Shown in pieces: positions 20,656 through 29,253 of a stretch of DNA of 64,000 nucleotides; within the stretch, counting starts at the first letter, position 1, and each line of letters begins with the position of its first letter. The notes under the pieces are model-generated. The model made no database searches. It was given only the letters and a program-made list of their open reading frames with translations, and had not been told where the DNA came from. Made by a program: the position numbers and the translations under genes. Source of the DNA: an uncultured Candidatus Rokubacteria bacterium (lineage in GTDB: Bacteria; Methylomirabilota; Methylomirabilia; Rokubacteriales; CSP1-6); NCBI GenBank assembly GCA_963754315.1, contig CAVWFS010000014.1:128001-192000 (forward strand), in the 5' to 3' direction.

Positions 20656-21402
20656 TCACGACCACACCTCGCGCGGAAACGGCAGACCGTCCAGGTCGGC
20701 GTCGGTCAGCGGCGCGTCGGCACTCAGTCCCATCTGCTCCAAGAACCAGTAGATCTGGCGCAGATGCTGGGCGGCGTGCCAGGTCGTTCGTTCCATGAAC
20801 TGATGAGCCGTCTGCGGGCCGTAGTACGTACTGACGGAGCCGTCGCACCAGCCGGCTCGCGCGTAGTAGGCCGCCAGCCGGCCCCGTACCGTCTCGCCGT
20901 AGCGCGCCAACGTATCGCCATCCGCCATGTCAGCCGGAGGGCTCTCCTCGAACCATGCCGCGGATAGATGCCCCTGCTCGCGCGTGTCGATGAACGCCGC
21001 GCTGAGCCGGAACACGTGGAAGCCGAGCTGGCGGACCGTGCGATCGCGGCCAGGCGCCTTCATGCCGAGATGCTGATGCGGAATCTGGCGAAGCGCGCGC
21101 TGGGTCGCCGCCAGCACCGTGTCGAGCCGCTGCGCCAACTCCGGTGGCGTCAGCGGTTCGCGCTCGACATATGGGCGTTCAACCAGCTCGGCCAGCGCCC
21201 GGGGGTTCCAGCCGTGGACCACCCGGTCGCCCACGATGGTGGCCGGCACCCTGGCCACGCCGACGGCCTCGAGGTCACGCCGGCGCTCCGGCTCCGCTTC
21301 CACGTCGAACCCGACGAAGGTGACACCCCATGACGAAAGCAACTCTTTCGTCTTGGCACAAGAGCTTCAGCCCTGCCGGTAGTAGACGCGGGGGGTATCC
21401 AT
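20656..21402 (-). CDS. Putative selenoprotein: glutaredoxin-like (UxxC) domain fused to DinB-like domain
   Basis: AAGGAGG RBS, ATG 21402, MDTPRVYYRQG-[TGA 21369-21367]-SSCAKTKELL, in frame with ORF 20656..21342. Grx cis-Pro VPAT…GWN; DinB His motifs GFHVFR and WHAAQHLRQ. Confidence 0.85.
21328..21356 (-). promoter_or_regulatory. Candidate bacterial SECIS element
   Basis: mRNA CCA-A-GACGAAAG-(AGUUG)-CUUUCGUC-A-UGG: perfect 8-bp stem; apical loop begins 22 nt after the UGA with G at loop position 2. Confidence 0.7.
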
Positions 21403-21416
21403 GTCGTCTTCCTCCT

Positions 21417-22109
21417 TCAGAGTCCGAGATAGCGGGCCTTGACCTCGCGATCCTGCTCGAGGGCCGCCGGGGCTCCCGAGTAGACGATCTGCCCGCGCGA
21501 AAGCACGTGGACATGATCGGCGATGCGGAGCGCGAGCGGGAGGTTCTGTTCCACAAGGAGAATCGACAAGCCCTCCTTCTTGAGTCGTTCGATGACCCGC
21601 CCCACCTCGCGGACCAGAAGGGGGGCAAGACCCTCGGTCGGCTCGTCCATCAAGAGTAGCTCAGGATTGGTCACCAGGGCGCGGGCAATGGCCAACATCT
21701 GCTGTTCGCCACCGGAGAGCTTGCCCGCCCGGTTTTCCGCACGCTCACGGAGGCGGGGGAACAGCTCCATGACCCGATCCAAGGTCCAGGGCCCTTTGCC
21801 CTCCTTGAGGGCCACCGCCAGGTTCTCGCGCACGCTCAGGGTCGGGAACACCCGCCGGCCCTGGGGCACCAGTCCGAGCCCAAGCCCCACGACACGGTTG
21901 GACACCCATCCCGTGATGTCGTGGCTCTTGAACAGCACCCGACCTCGTCGAGGCGGCGTGAAGCCCACGATCGAGCGGATGAGCGTGGTCTTGCCCATCC
22001 CGTTCCGTCCGAGGAGTCCGACAACCTGGCCGGGTTCGATCCGAAGGGAGATCCCCTGCAGCACGTAGCTGTCGCCGTAGTAGGTGTGAATTTCCTGGAC
22101 GTCCAGCAT
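21417..22109 (-). CDS. LivF-like ABC ATP-binding protein
   Basis: GRNGMGKT, VPQGRRVFPTLSV, LSGGEQQMLAIAR, DEPTEGLAP and VEQN motifs. Confidence 0.92.
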   Translation of the reverse strand: MLDVQEIHTYYGDSYVLQGISLRIEPGQVVGLLGRNGMGKTTLIRSIVGFTPPRRGRVLFKSHDITGWVSNRVVGLGLGLVPQGRRVFPTLSVRENLAVALKEGKGPWTLDRVMELFPRLRERAENRAGKLSGGEQQMLAIARALVTNPELLLMDEPTEGLAPLLVREVGRVIERLKKEGLSILLVEQNLPLALRIADHVHVLSRGQIVYSGAPAALEQDREVKARYLGL

Positions 22110-22855
22110 CAGGAAGACCCCAGGTAGATCTCCTGCACGAGCGGGTCAGCCGTCACCTCATCGCGCATTCCGTCCGCCACCACCTTGCCGTAGTGAAGGA
22201 CGGTAATCCGGTCGGTCAGCTCGAAGGCCACGTCCATGTCGTGCTCGATGATGAGCAAGGTGATCGATGGATCGAGCTTCTTCAGCAGAGCCGTCATCAT
22301 GAGCGATTCCGCCGGCGACAGCCCCGCCGTCGGCTCGTCGAGCAGCAGGATCTTGGGCGAGCCGGCGAGGGCAAGGGCGATCTCCAGCTGCCGCTGCTCG
22401 CCGTGGGAGAGGTCGCGCACCGTCGCGGTGGCCTTATCGGAGAGTCCTACGGCACCCAGTACGCTCCGGGCCCGTTCGAGCACGGCTGGGTAGCGGCGCA
22501 GATCACGGTGGAGATGGAGCTTGAGCGGGAGAAGCGCCTGGACGGCAAGCACGCAGTTCTCCAGCACGGACAGGCGCGGAAAGAGATTGGTGATCTGATA
22601 GGTGCGCGTGAGACCGAGAGCGGCCCGCCGGTGCGGAGCCAGCCGGGTGATGTCGTGCCCGAACAGATAGATTCGCCCGCTGGTGGTCAACTGCTCACCG
22701 CTGATGAGACTGAAGAGCGTCGTCTTGCCCGCCCCGTTGGGGCCGATGATGGCCCGGCGCTCGCCTTTCTCGACGGAGAGGCTCACATCGTTGACGGCAT
22801 TCAGCCCTCCGAATGACTTGTGGACACTTTGAAGACGCAGAACGGGGGTCACCAC
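22109..22855 (-). CDS. LivG-like ABC ATP-binding protein
   Basis: GPNGAGKT, LSHGEQRQLEIA, DEPTAGL and IEHDM motifs. Confidence 0.92.
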   Translation of the reverse strand: MVTPVLRLQSVHKSFGGLNAVNDVSLSVEKGERRAIIGPNGAGKTTLFSLISGEQLTTSGRIYLFGHDITRLAPHRRAALGLTRTYQITNLFPRLSVLENCVLAVQALLPLKLHLHRDLRRYPAVLERARSVLGAVGLSDKATATVRDLSHGEQRQLEIALALAGSPKILLLDEPTAGLSPAESLMMTALLKKLDPSITLLIIEHDMDVAFELTDRITVLHYGKVVADGMRDEVTADPLVQEIYLGSS

Positions 22856-22880
22856 GTGATGGGGTGGGCCCTCGGCCCCC

Positions 22881-23855
22881 TCAGGCCGCCGACCGCGAGA
22901 GTCGAACACGGGACCATTGTCCCCACTGCCTGAGCGCGCCTACGAGACCGTCCGGGGCGTATCGGATGGTCCCGATGTAGACGATGCCGAGGATCAAGAG
23001 CCAGCGCTGCGTGTAGGTGGACACCAGGTTCTTGAGGAGGACGATCACGGCGGCGCCGATCGACGCGCCCAGCAGCGTCCCTCGACCGCCCAGGGCCACC
23101 ATGAGCAGGGTCTCGATGGACACCGCCAGGTCGAGATCGGACGGCGACACGAAGCCGTTGTAGTACGCCCACAGCACGCCGGCGAATCCGGCCACCGCCC
23201 CCGAGATGACGAAGGCGATGTACTTGTGCAGCCACACGTTGTAGCCGAGCGTCCGCATGCGCGACTCGCTTTCGCGAATCCCCACCAGGGTGTGCCCGAA
23301 TGGCGACCGTACGACGACGCGCAGCACAAGGAAGGCGAGCACGAACGCGGCCAGGACCAGGTAGTAGAAAGGAATGGCTTTGCTGAAGGACCACGGCACG
23401 CCAAGCATGGGGCGCGGCACGTTGGAAATGCCGTTGTCGCCCTGGGTCAGCGACACCCATCGGTTGGCCAGCCCCCACACCACCATGCCGAGCGCCAAGG
23501 TAATCATCAGGAAGTAGACGCCGGTGGCGCGCAGAGCCACCAGGCCGAAGATGGCGGCCACCGCCGCAGCCAGGACGATGCCCACCACGAGGGTCGTCCC
23601 GAAACCCGCACCGTGCCGGGTGGCCAGAATTCCCACGCTGTAAGCCCCGAGCCCGAGATAGGCCGCGTGACCGAGCGACGACAGACCCGTATAGCCCAGG
23701 ATGAGGTCGAGGCTCATGGCGAGGATCGAGTAGATCAAGGTCTGCGTGAGCAACGTGAGTAAGAAGGGAGGCAGGAAGGGTGGTCCGGCCGCCAGCAGCA
23801 CGAAAAGCACGGCGAAGCCGAGCCGCCGCCCCCACACTCCGCCCGATGTATCCAT
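22881..23855 (-). CDS. LivM-like ABC permease
   Basis: GYTGLSSLGHAAY, GVYFLMITLA and SPFG..L.GIRE motifs. Confidence 0.92.
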   Translation of the reverse strand: MDTSGGVWGRRLGFAVLFVLLAAGPPFLPPFLLTLLTQTLIYSILAMSLDLILGYTGLSSLGHAAYLGLGAYSVGILATRHGAGFGTTLVVGIVLAAAVAAIFGLVALRATGVYFLMITLALGMVVWGLANRWVSLTQGDNGISNVPRPMLGVPWSFSKAIPFYYLVLAAFVLAFLVLRVVVRSPFGHTLVGIRESESRMRTLGYNVWLHKYIAFVISGAVAGFAGVLWAYYNGFVSPSDLDLAVSIETLLMVALGGRGTLLGASIGAAVIVLLKNLVSTYTQRWLLILGIVYIGTIRYAPDGLVGALRQWGQWSRVRLSRSAA

Positions 23856-23858
23856 GGC

Positions 23859-24713
23859 CTAGGCTCGGCCGAAGAGCCCAGTGGGCCGGACGGCGAGGAT
23901 GGCGGCCATGGGAGCGAACAGCGTGAAGTACGATAGCTCCGGAAAGAGCGCCTTACCGAAATTGTCGAGTAGTCCGACCATGAGACTGCCCACGAGCGCG
24001 CCCTTCAGGCTGCCCAGACCTCCAACGATCACGACCACGAAGGCATAGGACAGGATCTCGAAGTCGGCTCCGGGGTAGACGCCCAGGAATCCGCCGGCCA
24101 CCACTCCGGATACGGCAGCGAGCGCCGCCCCCAGCGCGAAGACGCCGAGCGAGATAACCGAGACATTGATGCCGACCCCGCGCGCCATCTCTGAATCGTC
24201 GACGGCCGCCCGCATCATCGCCCCGATCCGTGTTCGCTCGACCACCAACCACAGGACCAGCGCTACCGCGCCGGCCACCGCGATCATGAAGACCCGATAG
24301 ACAGGGAAGAAGAACATTCCGAGCTGGTATCTCCCGGAAAGCATCGCCGGTACCCGCACGTTGTAGGGATCGCCGCCCCAGATCACTAGAGCGAGGTCCT
24401 GGAAGATGAGGGCAAGCCCCATGGTGGTGAGCACCTGAGCCAGCTCTTGCCCGCTCAGGCCCTTCAGAAAACAATCCCACTCGATGATGCCAAGGACAGC
24501 AATGCTGACGGCAGCCCCCAGCAGGCTGATCACGTAGCTCCCGGTTCGGGCCAGCAACAGAACCGCCACGTAGCAGCCGAGCAAGTAGTGCGAACCGTGG
24601 GTCATGTTGACGATCCGCATCATTCCGAAGATCAGCGAGAGGCCGGCCGCAAGCAGGAACAGAAGGGCGCCGTACGACACGCCATTGAACAGCTGCGTAA
24701 TCCAAAATTCCAT
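23859..24713 (-). CDS. LivH-like ABC permease
   Basis: GLSLIFG..RIVN.THG and VVIVGGLGSL.G motifs. Confidence 0.92.
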   Translation of the reverse strand: MEFWITQLFNGVSYGALLFLLAAGLSLIFGMMRIVNMTHGSHYLLGCYVAVLLLARTGSYVISLLGAAVSIAVLGIIEWDCFLKGLSGQELAQVLTTMGLALIFQDLALVIWGGDPYNVRVPAMLSGRYQLGMFFFPVYRVFMIAVAGAVALVLWLVVERTRIGAMMRAAVDDSEMARGVGINVSVISLGVFALGAALAAVSGVVAGGFLGVYPGADFEILSYAFVVVIVGGLGSLKGALVGSLMVGLLDNFGKALFPELSYFTLFAPMAAILAVRPTGLFGRA

Positions 24714-24719
24714 TTAGAT

Positions 24720-24849
24720 GGGGGGCCTCGACGGCCCCCCAAACCCCCCACCGCTCGGCCCGCCCCGGGGCGACCCGGGGCGCGCCTCGGGATTGCGCTC
24801 GTTCCTTGGGGCCTCGACGGCCCCCCAAACCCCCCACCGCTCGGCCCGC
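24720..24849. repeat. Composite REP/BIME-like element, locus 1
   Basis: Exact 42-bp direct repeat GGGGCCTCGACGGCCCCCCAAACCCCCCACCGCTCGGCCCGC at 24722-24763 and 24808-24849, flanking hairpin CGCCCCGGG-GCGA-CCCGGGGCG. Confidence 0.85.
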
Positions 24850-24942
24850 GTCGACCTTCCACGGCTTCCGGTCACACGGCGGCGCGATTCTACTACGAAG
24901 CGATGCAGGCACGTCCCCAGTGGCCCAGCGGCTGAAGGTCGC

Positions 24943-26505
24943 TCAGGGGTTCACCGTCACCGCCTCCACGGCGAGGGCGAGGAGATCCCCAGGTTCTCGG
25001 CGGCCGTCGTCGAGGGCTCCGGGGCGGACGAGGGCCGCGAAGATGACGTAGGTCCCGGGCTGCTCGGCCCCCGTAAGAGTGAGCACGAGGAAGTCATCCA
25101 GCGACACGTTCGCGCCGGGGGCGATCAGCAAGCCTGGCCGCAAAGGGGGAAAGGCCCGAGCATCGCCCGCCAGGCTGGCCACCAAGGCTGCCGGCGGCGC
25201 CACGCTCGAGAAAAAGACGGTCGTCTGCCCGTCGGGGAAAACGATCCCGAAATAGGTGTCAGCAGGCACCTCCAACTGACCGGTCTGCACGTCGAGACCG
25301 ATCCGAATGGTATCGCCCGTATGCAGATCCCTCTGGCTTAGTCGGAGCGCGAGCCGTGGCGCATCGAGATTGACGAGCCGATACACGGCCCCCTGCAGAT
25401 CCACCACATAGAGCTCGCCATTCTCGTCTTCGCCGAACGACGCGATCGAGAAAGCCGTAGTCAGGAGCACCCGCACCAGGTCGCCCTCTCGCAGGAAGAT
25501 CTCTCCGCTGCAGAGATCAGCGAAGACGTAGGCGCCCGCCGGGAGTGTGCCCGCGTTGCCACGATATGCGTAGCCGCCGGTGACGGAGCAGCGGCCGCCG
25601 GTATGGGCGTATTCCGCAATGGGAGGGATAAAACGCGAATCGGCACAGCCCAGGTCGAGGCCCGTGCACTGGGTACCCTCCAGCACGCGCCACCCATAGT
25701 TGCCGCCGATCGTCACCAGATCGATCTCCTCGCGCTCGCCCTGCCCCACGTCACCCACGTAGAGCGCGCCAGTGGCGCGGTCGAAGGAAAAGCGCCATGG
25801 ATTCCGCAAGCCGACGGCGAAGATCTCGTCACGGCCGGGACTCGGGCCGGCGAAGGGGTTGCTGACGGGGGAAGCATAGAAAGGGGGCACGCCGACGGAG
25901 GCATCAACGTCGATGCGGAGCATCTTGCCGAGGAGGGTCAGCGGATTCTGGGCGTGATTGTCGGGATCGAAGCCGCTCCCACCATCGCCCATTCCTATGT
26001 ACAGCAGACCGTCTGGCCCGAACTCGATCATCCCGCCATTGTGATTGGGAAATGGCTGGGCAACGACGAGCAACGGCAGCTCGTCCACGGCGGCAACGTG
26101 GGGTTCGGCCGACGACACGCGGTATTCGGCGATGACGGTGGCCCCGTCGGGTTGGCGCGTGTAGTTCACGAAGAACCGGCCGTTCTCGGCGTAGCGAGGA
26201 TGAAAGGCCAGGCCCAGCAGGCCACGCTCGCCGCCGGCCTGTACGCGGGAACGGATATCGAGGAAGACCGACGTGGTCGGCGCCCCGGGCTGCCGCACCT
26301 TGATGATACCGTCCTGCTCGACGACGAACAGACGGTCCGTGCCGTCGCGGGCGTGGGTGATATAGAGGGGATCGGCCAGATCCGTGAGCACGGGCTGGAC
26401 AACGACCCGCGATGAGGCCGCCACCGTCTGCGGTAGGACCGCCGTCAGACAGGCGAGGAACTGAAGAAAGACCCTGCCCGGCGTGAATCGGCGGGACTGC
26501 GTCAC
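24943..26505 (-). CDS. PQQ-dependent sugar/sorbosone dehydrogenase (GSDH) family with C-terminal extension
   Basis: GERGLLGLAFHP, NHNGG..FGPDG.LYIGMGDGG, GLRNPWRFSFD and SFGED..GELY motifs; signal-like N-terminus; start uncertain. Confidence 0.85.
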   Translation of the reverse strand: MTQSRRFTPGRVFLQFLACLTAVLPQTVAASSRVVVQPVLTDLADPLYITHARDGTDRLFVVEQDGIIKVRQPGAPTTSVFLDIRSRVQAGGERGLLGLAFHPRYAENGRFFVNYTRQPDGATVIAEYRVSSAEPHVAAVDELPLLVVAQPFPNHNGGMIEFGPDGLLYIGMGDGGSGFDPDNHAQNPLTLLGKMLRIDVDASVGVPPFYASPVSNPFAGPSPGRDEIFAVGLRNPWRFSFDRATGALYVGDVGQGEREEIDLVTIGGNYGWRVLEGTQCTGLDLGCADSRFIPPIAEYAHTGGRCSVTGGYAYRGNAGTLPAGAYVFADLCSGEIFLREGDLVRVLLTTAFSIASFGEDENGELYVVDLQGAVYRLVNLDAPRLALRLSQRDLHTGDTIRIGLDVQTGQLEVPADTYFGIVFPDGQTTVFFSSVAPPAALVASLAGDARAFPPLRPGLLIAPGANVSLDDFLVLTLTGAEQPGTYVIFAALVRPGALDDGRREPGDLLALAVEAVTVNP

Positions 26506-27485
26506 GTGAGCCGGCAGTAGCTCGGTATCCAGGTACGCTCGAGAAGGCTCCGGGGATACCCGCTGTAGTCGAAGGTCATACCGTCCCGTATCATTTGGTC
26601 GACGTCGAGCAGCCGCCGACTCTCCGGAATATCCCACAGGAAGGCCCGAAAGAACGGGCCCACCAGCCGCCGGGCGATCCGAATGCCAACGCCGTTGAGA
26701 AAGTTGCGCCGCTGCCCGACGTGGGCCAGCTCATCGACGGTGATCTCGTACAGCAAGGCGCGCACCCTCTCGCGCGCCTCCGGCTCGTTGCCGAGCAGCT
26801 CATCCAGCAGGACATCCATGCGGCGGTAAAAGAGCACACCGAGAAGTTCGGTCACGAAGGACAGCGAATTCATCAGCAGCGGACCCGGGATGTACGGGAA
26901 AAGCCGGTACAGGCGCTGCTGCAGAGGGCTCACGGGCACCCAGGCCACCCGATCGAGGGCGACCGTCAGGAACATTTCCTCGAAGTAGCGGATGTGACAG
27001 AACTCCTCGGCCAGATGATGTCGGCTGATGCGATCCACGGTATTCTTGGCCGCTGCGAGCGACAGGCACGCGTCCCAGGCCGCGGAAATGCCCACCCATT
27101 CGTGCCGGGCGAACTTGTACACACAGGTCCACAGCAAGGTCTGAGCGCCGATGGTCGTCGGGTCGTCTCGGAAGACAACGTGGTTGCGATAGAAGGCCGT
27201 TGCATCGACGAGCGGGCCATGCGATCGGACACGCGACTGGCGAAACTCGCGGAGTTGGTCCCGTTTCGCCGTCAGGTCGCGATCGGCTTCGATCAGCTCG
27301 CCACCGTGAGCACGGGTGAACGCAAAGTAGTCTTCGAAATTCTGTCGTCGCTCAGCACGAGTACTGTCGGTGAAGATCGAACGAAAACGCAACGGGACGG
27401 ATGTTTCCCTCACGCTCGGGGTCAGGCCATCCTCCTGTGAGGCGCGCCCCCCATCGGCGAGGACGCTGCCACGTGTTGGTCGCAT
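26502..27485 (-). CDS. Ferritin-like di-iron four-helix-bundle protein
   Basis: Ligand pattern E (RHEW), EEFCH, E (VTEL), DELAH; start uncertain. Confidence 0.65.
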   Translation of the reverse strand: MRPTRGSVLADGGRASQEDGLTPSVRETSVPLRFRSIFTDSTRAERRQNFEDYFAFTRAHGGELIEADRDLTAKRDQLREFRQSRVRSHGPLVDATAFYRNHVVFRDDPTTIGAQTLLWTCVYKFARHEWVGISAAWDACLSLAAAKNTVDRISRHHLAEEFCHIRYFEEMFLTVALDRVAWVPVSPLQQRLYRLFPYIPGPLLMNSLSFVTELLGVLFYRRMDVLLDELLGNEPEARERVRALLYEITVDELAHVGQRRNFLNGVGIRIARRLVGPFFRAFLWDIPESRRLLDVDQMIRDGMTFDYSGYPRSLLERTWIPSYCRLT

Positions 27486-27541
27486 CCTCTGGACTGTAGT
27501 GGGTGGCCTCAGCGGCTGTCAAACGGGGATAGACTGAAACT

Positions 27542-27991
27542 GTGCTGTCCGCTGTCGTGTCTGCACTACACGTGCTGGCCCTGGCCGTGGGCCTGCCCAG
27601 CGTGTTCTTTCGGGGCCGGGCTCTCGCCGCGCCTCTCGACGAGGCGGGACGGCGCCGGCTCTTCGCGGCCGACACCGCCTGGGGGATCGCCGCCGTGCTG
27701 TGGATCGGCACCGGCGTGGCGCGTGCCTTCGGAGGGTTGGAGAAGGGGGCGCAGTTCTACCTGACCTCGCCGCTCTTCTGGGTGAAGATGGCCCTCCTCG
27801 CCGTGATTCTGATCCTTGAGATCTGGCCGATGACCACGATCATGCGGTGGCGTCGGGCTTGCCAGCGCGGCCAGACCCCAGACACGGCGTGTGCTCGTCG
27901 CCTCTACGTCATTAACCATGTCCAAATGGGTCTCGTCGTGCTGATGGTCTTCGTGGCCAGCTTGATGGCGCGCGGCGTCGGCCTCCGATAA
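27542..27991 (+). CDS. DUF2214-like membrane protein
   Basis: ALHVLA…ADTAWGIAA…TG..R.FG.LEKG..FY..SPLFWVKM pattern; four hydrophobic segments. Confidence 0.75.
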   Translation: MLSAVVSALHVLALAVGLPSVFFRGRALAAPLDEAGRRRLFAADTAWGIAAVLWIGTGVARAFGGLEKGAQFYLTSPLFWVKMALLAVILILEIWPMTTIMRWRRACQRGQTPDTACARRLYVINHVQMGLVVLMVFVASLMARGVGLR

Positions 27992-28227
27992 GCGCCTGGG
28001 CCGACGATCTGTCGACCTCTGTCGCGTCTTCACGTCCGGGAAAGATGTGTCTGACGCCCGTCGACATTGAGAATGCGTGGGGGCCAGCCAATGGCCAATG
28101 CCAGAACTTCAAGTGACTGCAAAGTCCCTGCCCACCAGGGAATGCCATTCGGGAAGTCCTTGCTCTCGTAGGCTACTCCCGGTACCCTGACCGGAGTCAG
28201 TCACTCTCCGCCTCGAAGGAGTCTGCT

Positions 28228-28692
28228 GTGGCCATTACTCTCGCAAAGACACTGAGACTTCTCGCTGCCGAGAAAAGGGCGGTTCTCCAGCGTCAGACGG
28301 CGCTGGTGGCGAACCTGAACAAGCTTCTCCCCAGTATCGGCTACCGTGTGGTGCCGCTCGAGGGGGAGGGAAGGGCGGACGCTCGCTCGAACCTCCGGGG
28401 ACGGCGATCGACCGCGCTTTCGCTCCTGAACAAGTCCCTCGTGTGCCGCTATTGTCAGCGGACCTTCGCATTGCCCCTGCACCTCGGACGCCATATGAGC
28501 GTCATGCACAAGGTCAAGAGCGCATCGACCCCGCCCCCGCATTCTCCAGCGGGAGGAGAGCACCCCGCGGCAAAACCGACACGCAAGTCGCGACGCCGGG
28601 CGGCCGGACGCCGGGCACGTGGTCGGTCCACCAGCACGACCGTGAAGAAGACGGCGCGAAAGGCGCTCAGCGTCAAGCAGGGCAAGGGGTAA
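28228..28692 (+). CDS. Small basic protein with C2H2 zinc finger
   Basis: CRYCQRTFALPLHLGRHMSVMH; K/R-rich tail; AAGGAG RBS. Confidence 0.7.
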   Translation: MAITLAKTLRLLAAEKRAVLQRQTALVANLNKLLPSIGYRVVPLEGEGRADARSNLRGRRSTALSLLNKSLVCRYCQRTFALPLHLGRHMSVMHKVKSASTPPPHSPAGGEHPAAKPTRKSRRRAAGRRARGRSTSTTVKKTARKALSVKQGKG

Positions 28693-28756
28693 TACACCAG
28701 CCGCACTGCCCGTCGGGGCTGAAGCCTCATTCACAGCAGACGTTCGAGAGCAACCG

Positions 28757-29119
28757 TCAGCCCGCGAGGGGTTGGGCGAACGAGAGCTCATGGCCATCGG
28801 GGTCCCTCAAGTGGAAGTAGCGCTCACGCCAGGGCGCGTCGCGGGGCGGTGCCTCCGGGTGGAGACCCTGCGCCACCACGTGGGTGTACATGGCGTCGAC
28901 GTCGTCGACGTAGAGAATCAGACGGCCCCAGCCTCCCCAGTGCGGTGCGACAGAGGTCGCGGTGAGGTTGAGATGGTTCTCGCCGACGCGAAACGACGTG
29001 AAGGGAGCGTCCGCCCCTCCGTAGTCGAGCGGGAAGCCGAGCGTCTCGTAGAAGCGTACCGCCCTGGCCATGTTGTGGGTCACCAGCGTCACCGCGTTGA
29101 TGGAAAGGATTCGTGGCAT
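28757..29119 (-). CDS. VOC/glyoxalase family protein
   Basis: FYETLGF, YVDDVD and ERYFHLRDPDGHELSF motifs. Confidence 0.9.
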   Translation of the reverse strand: MPRILSINAVTLVTHNMARAVRFYETLGFPLDYGGADAPFTSFRVGENHLNLTATSVAPHWGGWGRLILYVDDVDAMYTHVVAQGLHPEAPPRDAPWRERYFHLRDPDGHELSFAQPLAG

Positions 29120-29253
29120 GGGCCGATGGTCTCACAACGGCCTTGGCGCCCTTTCGCGGAACCCCGAAATGCGCGAGGGGACGGTTGTCCGCGTGGCGGC
29201 ATCTGATCTAGACTCGCGTCAGCTCATATAGCCCATGGTGGGAGGAAGTGCCC

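Noticed and set aside
24720..24849. CRISPR array
   Set aside because: Only two copies, the spacer is itself a conserved hairpin, and no cas genes are present; better explained as REP-like.
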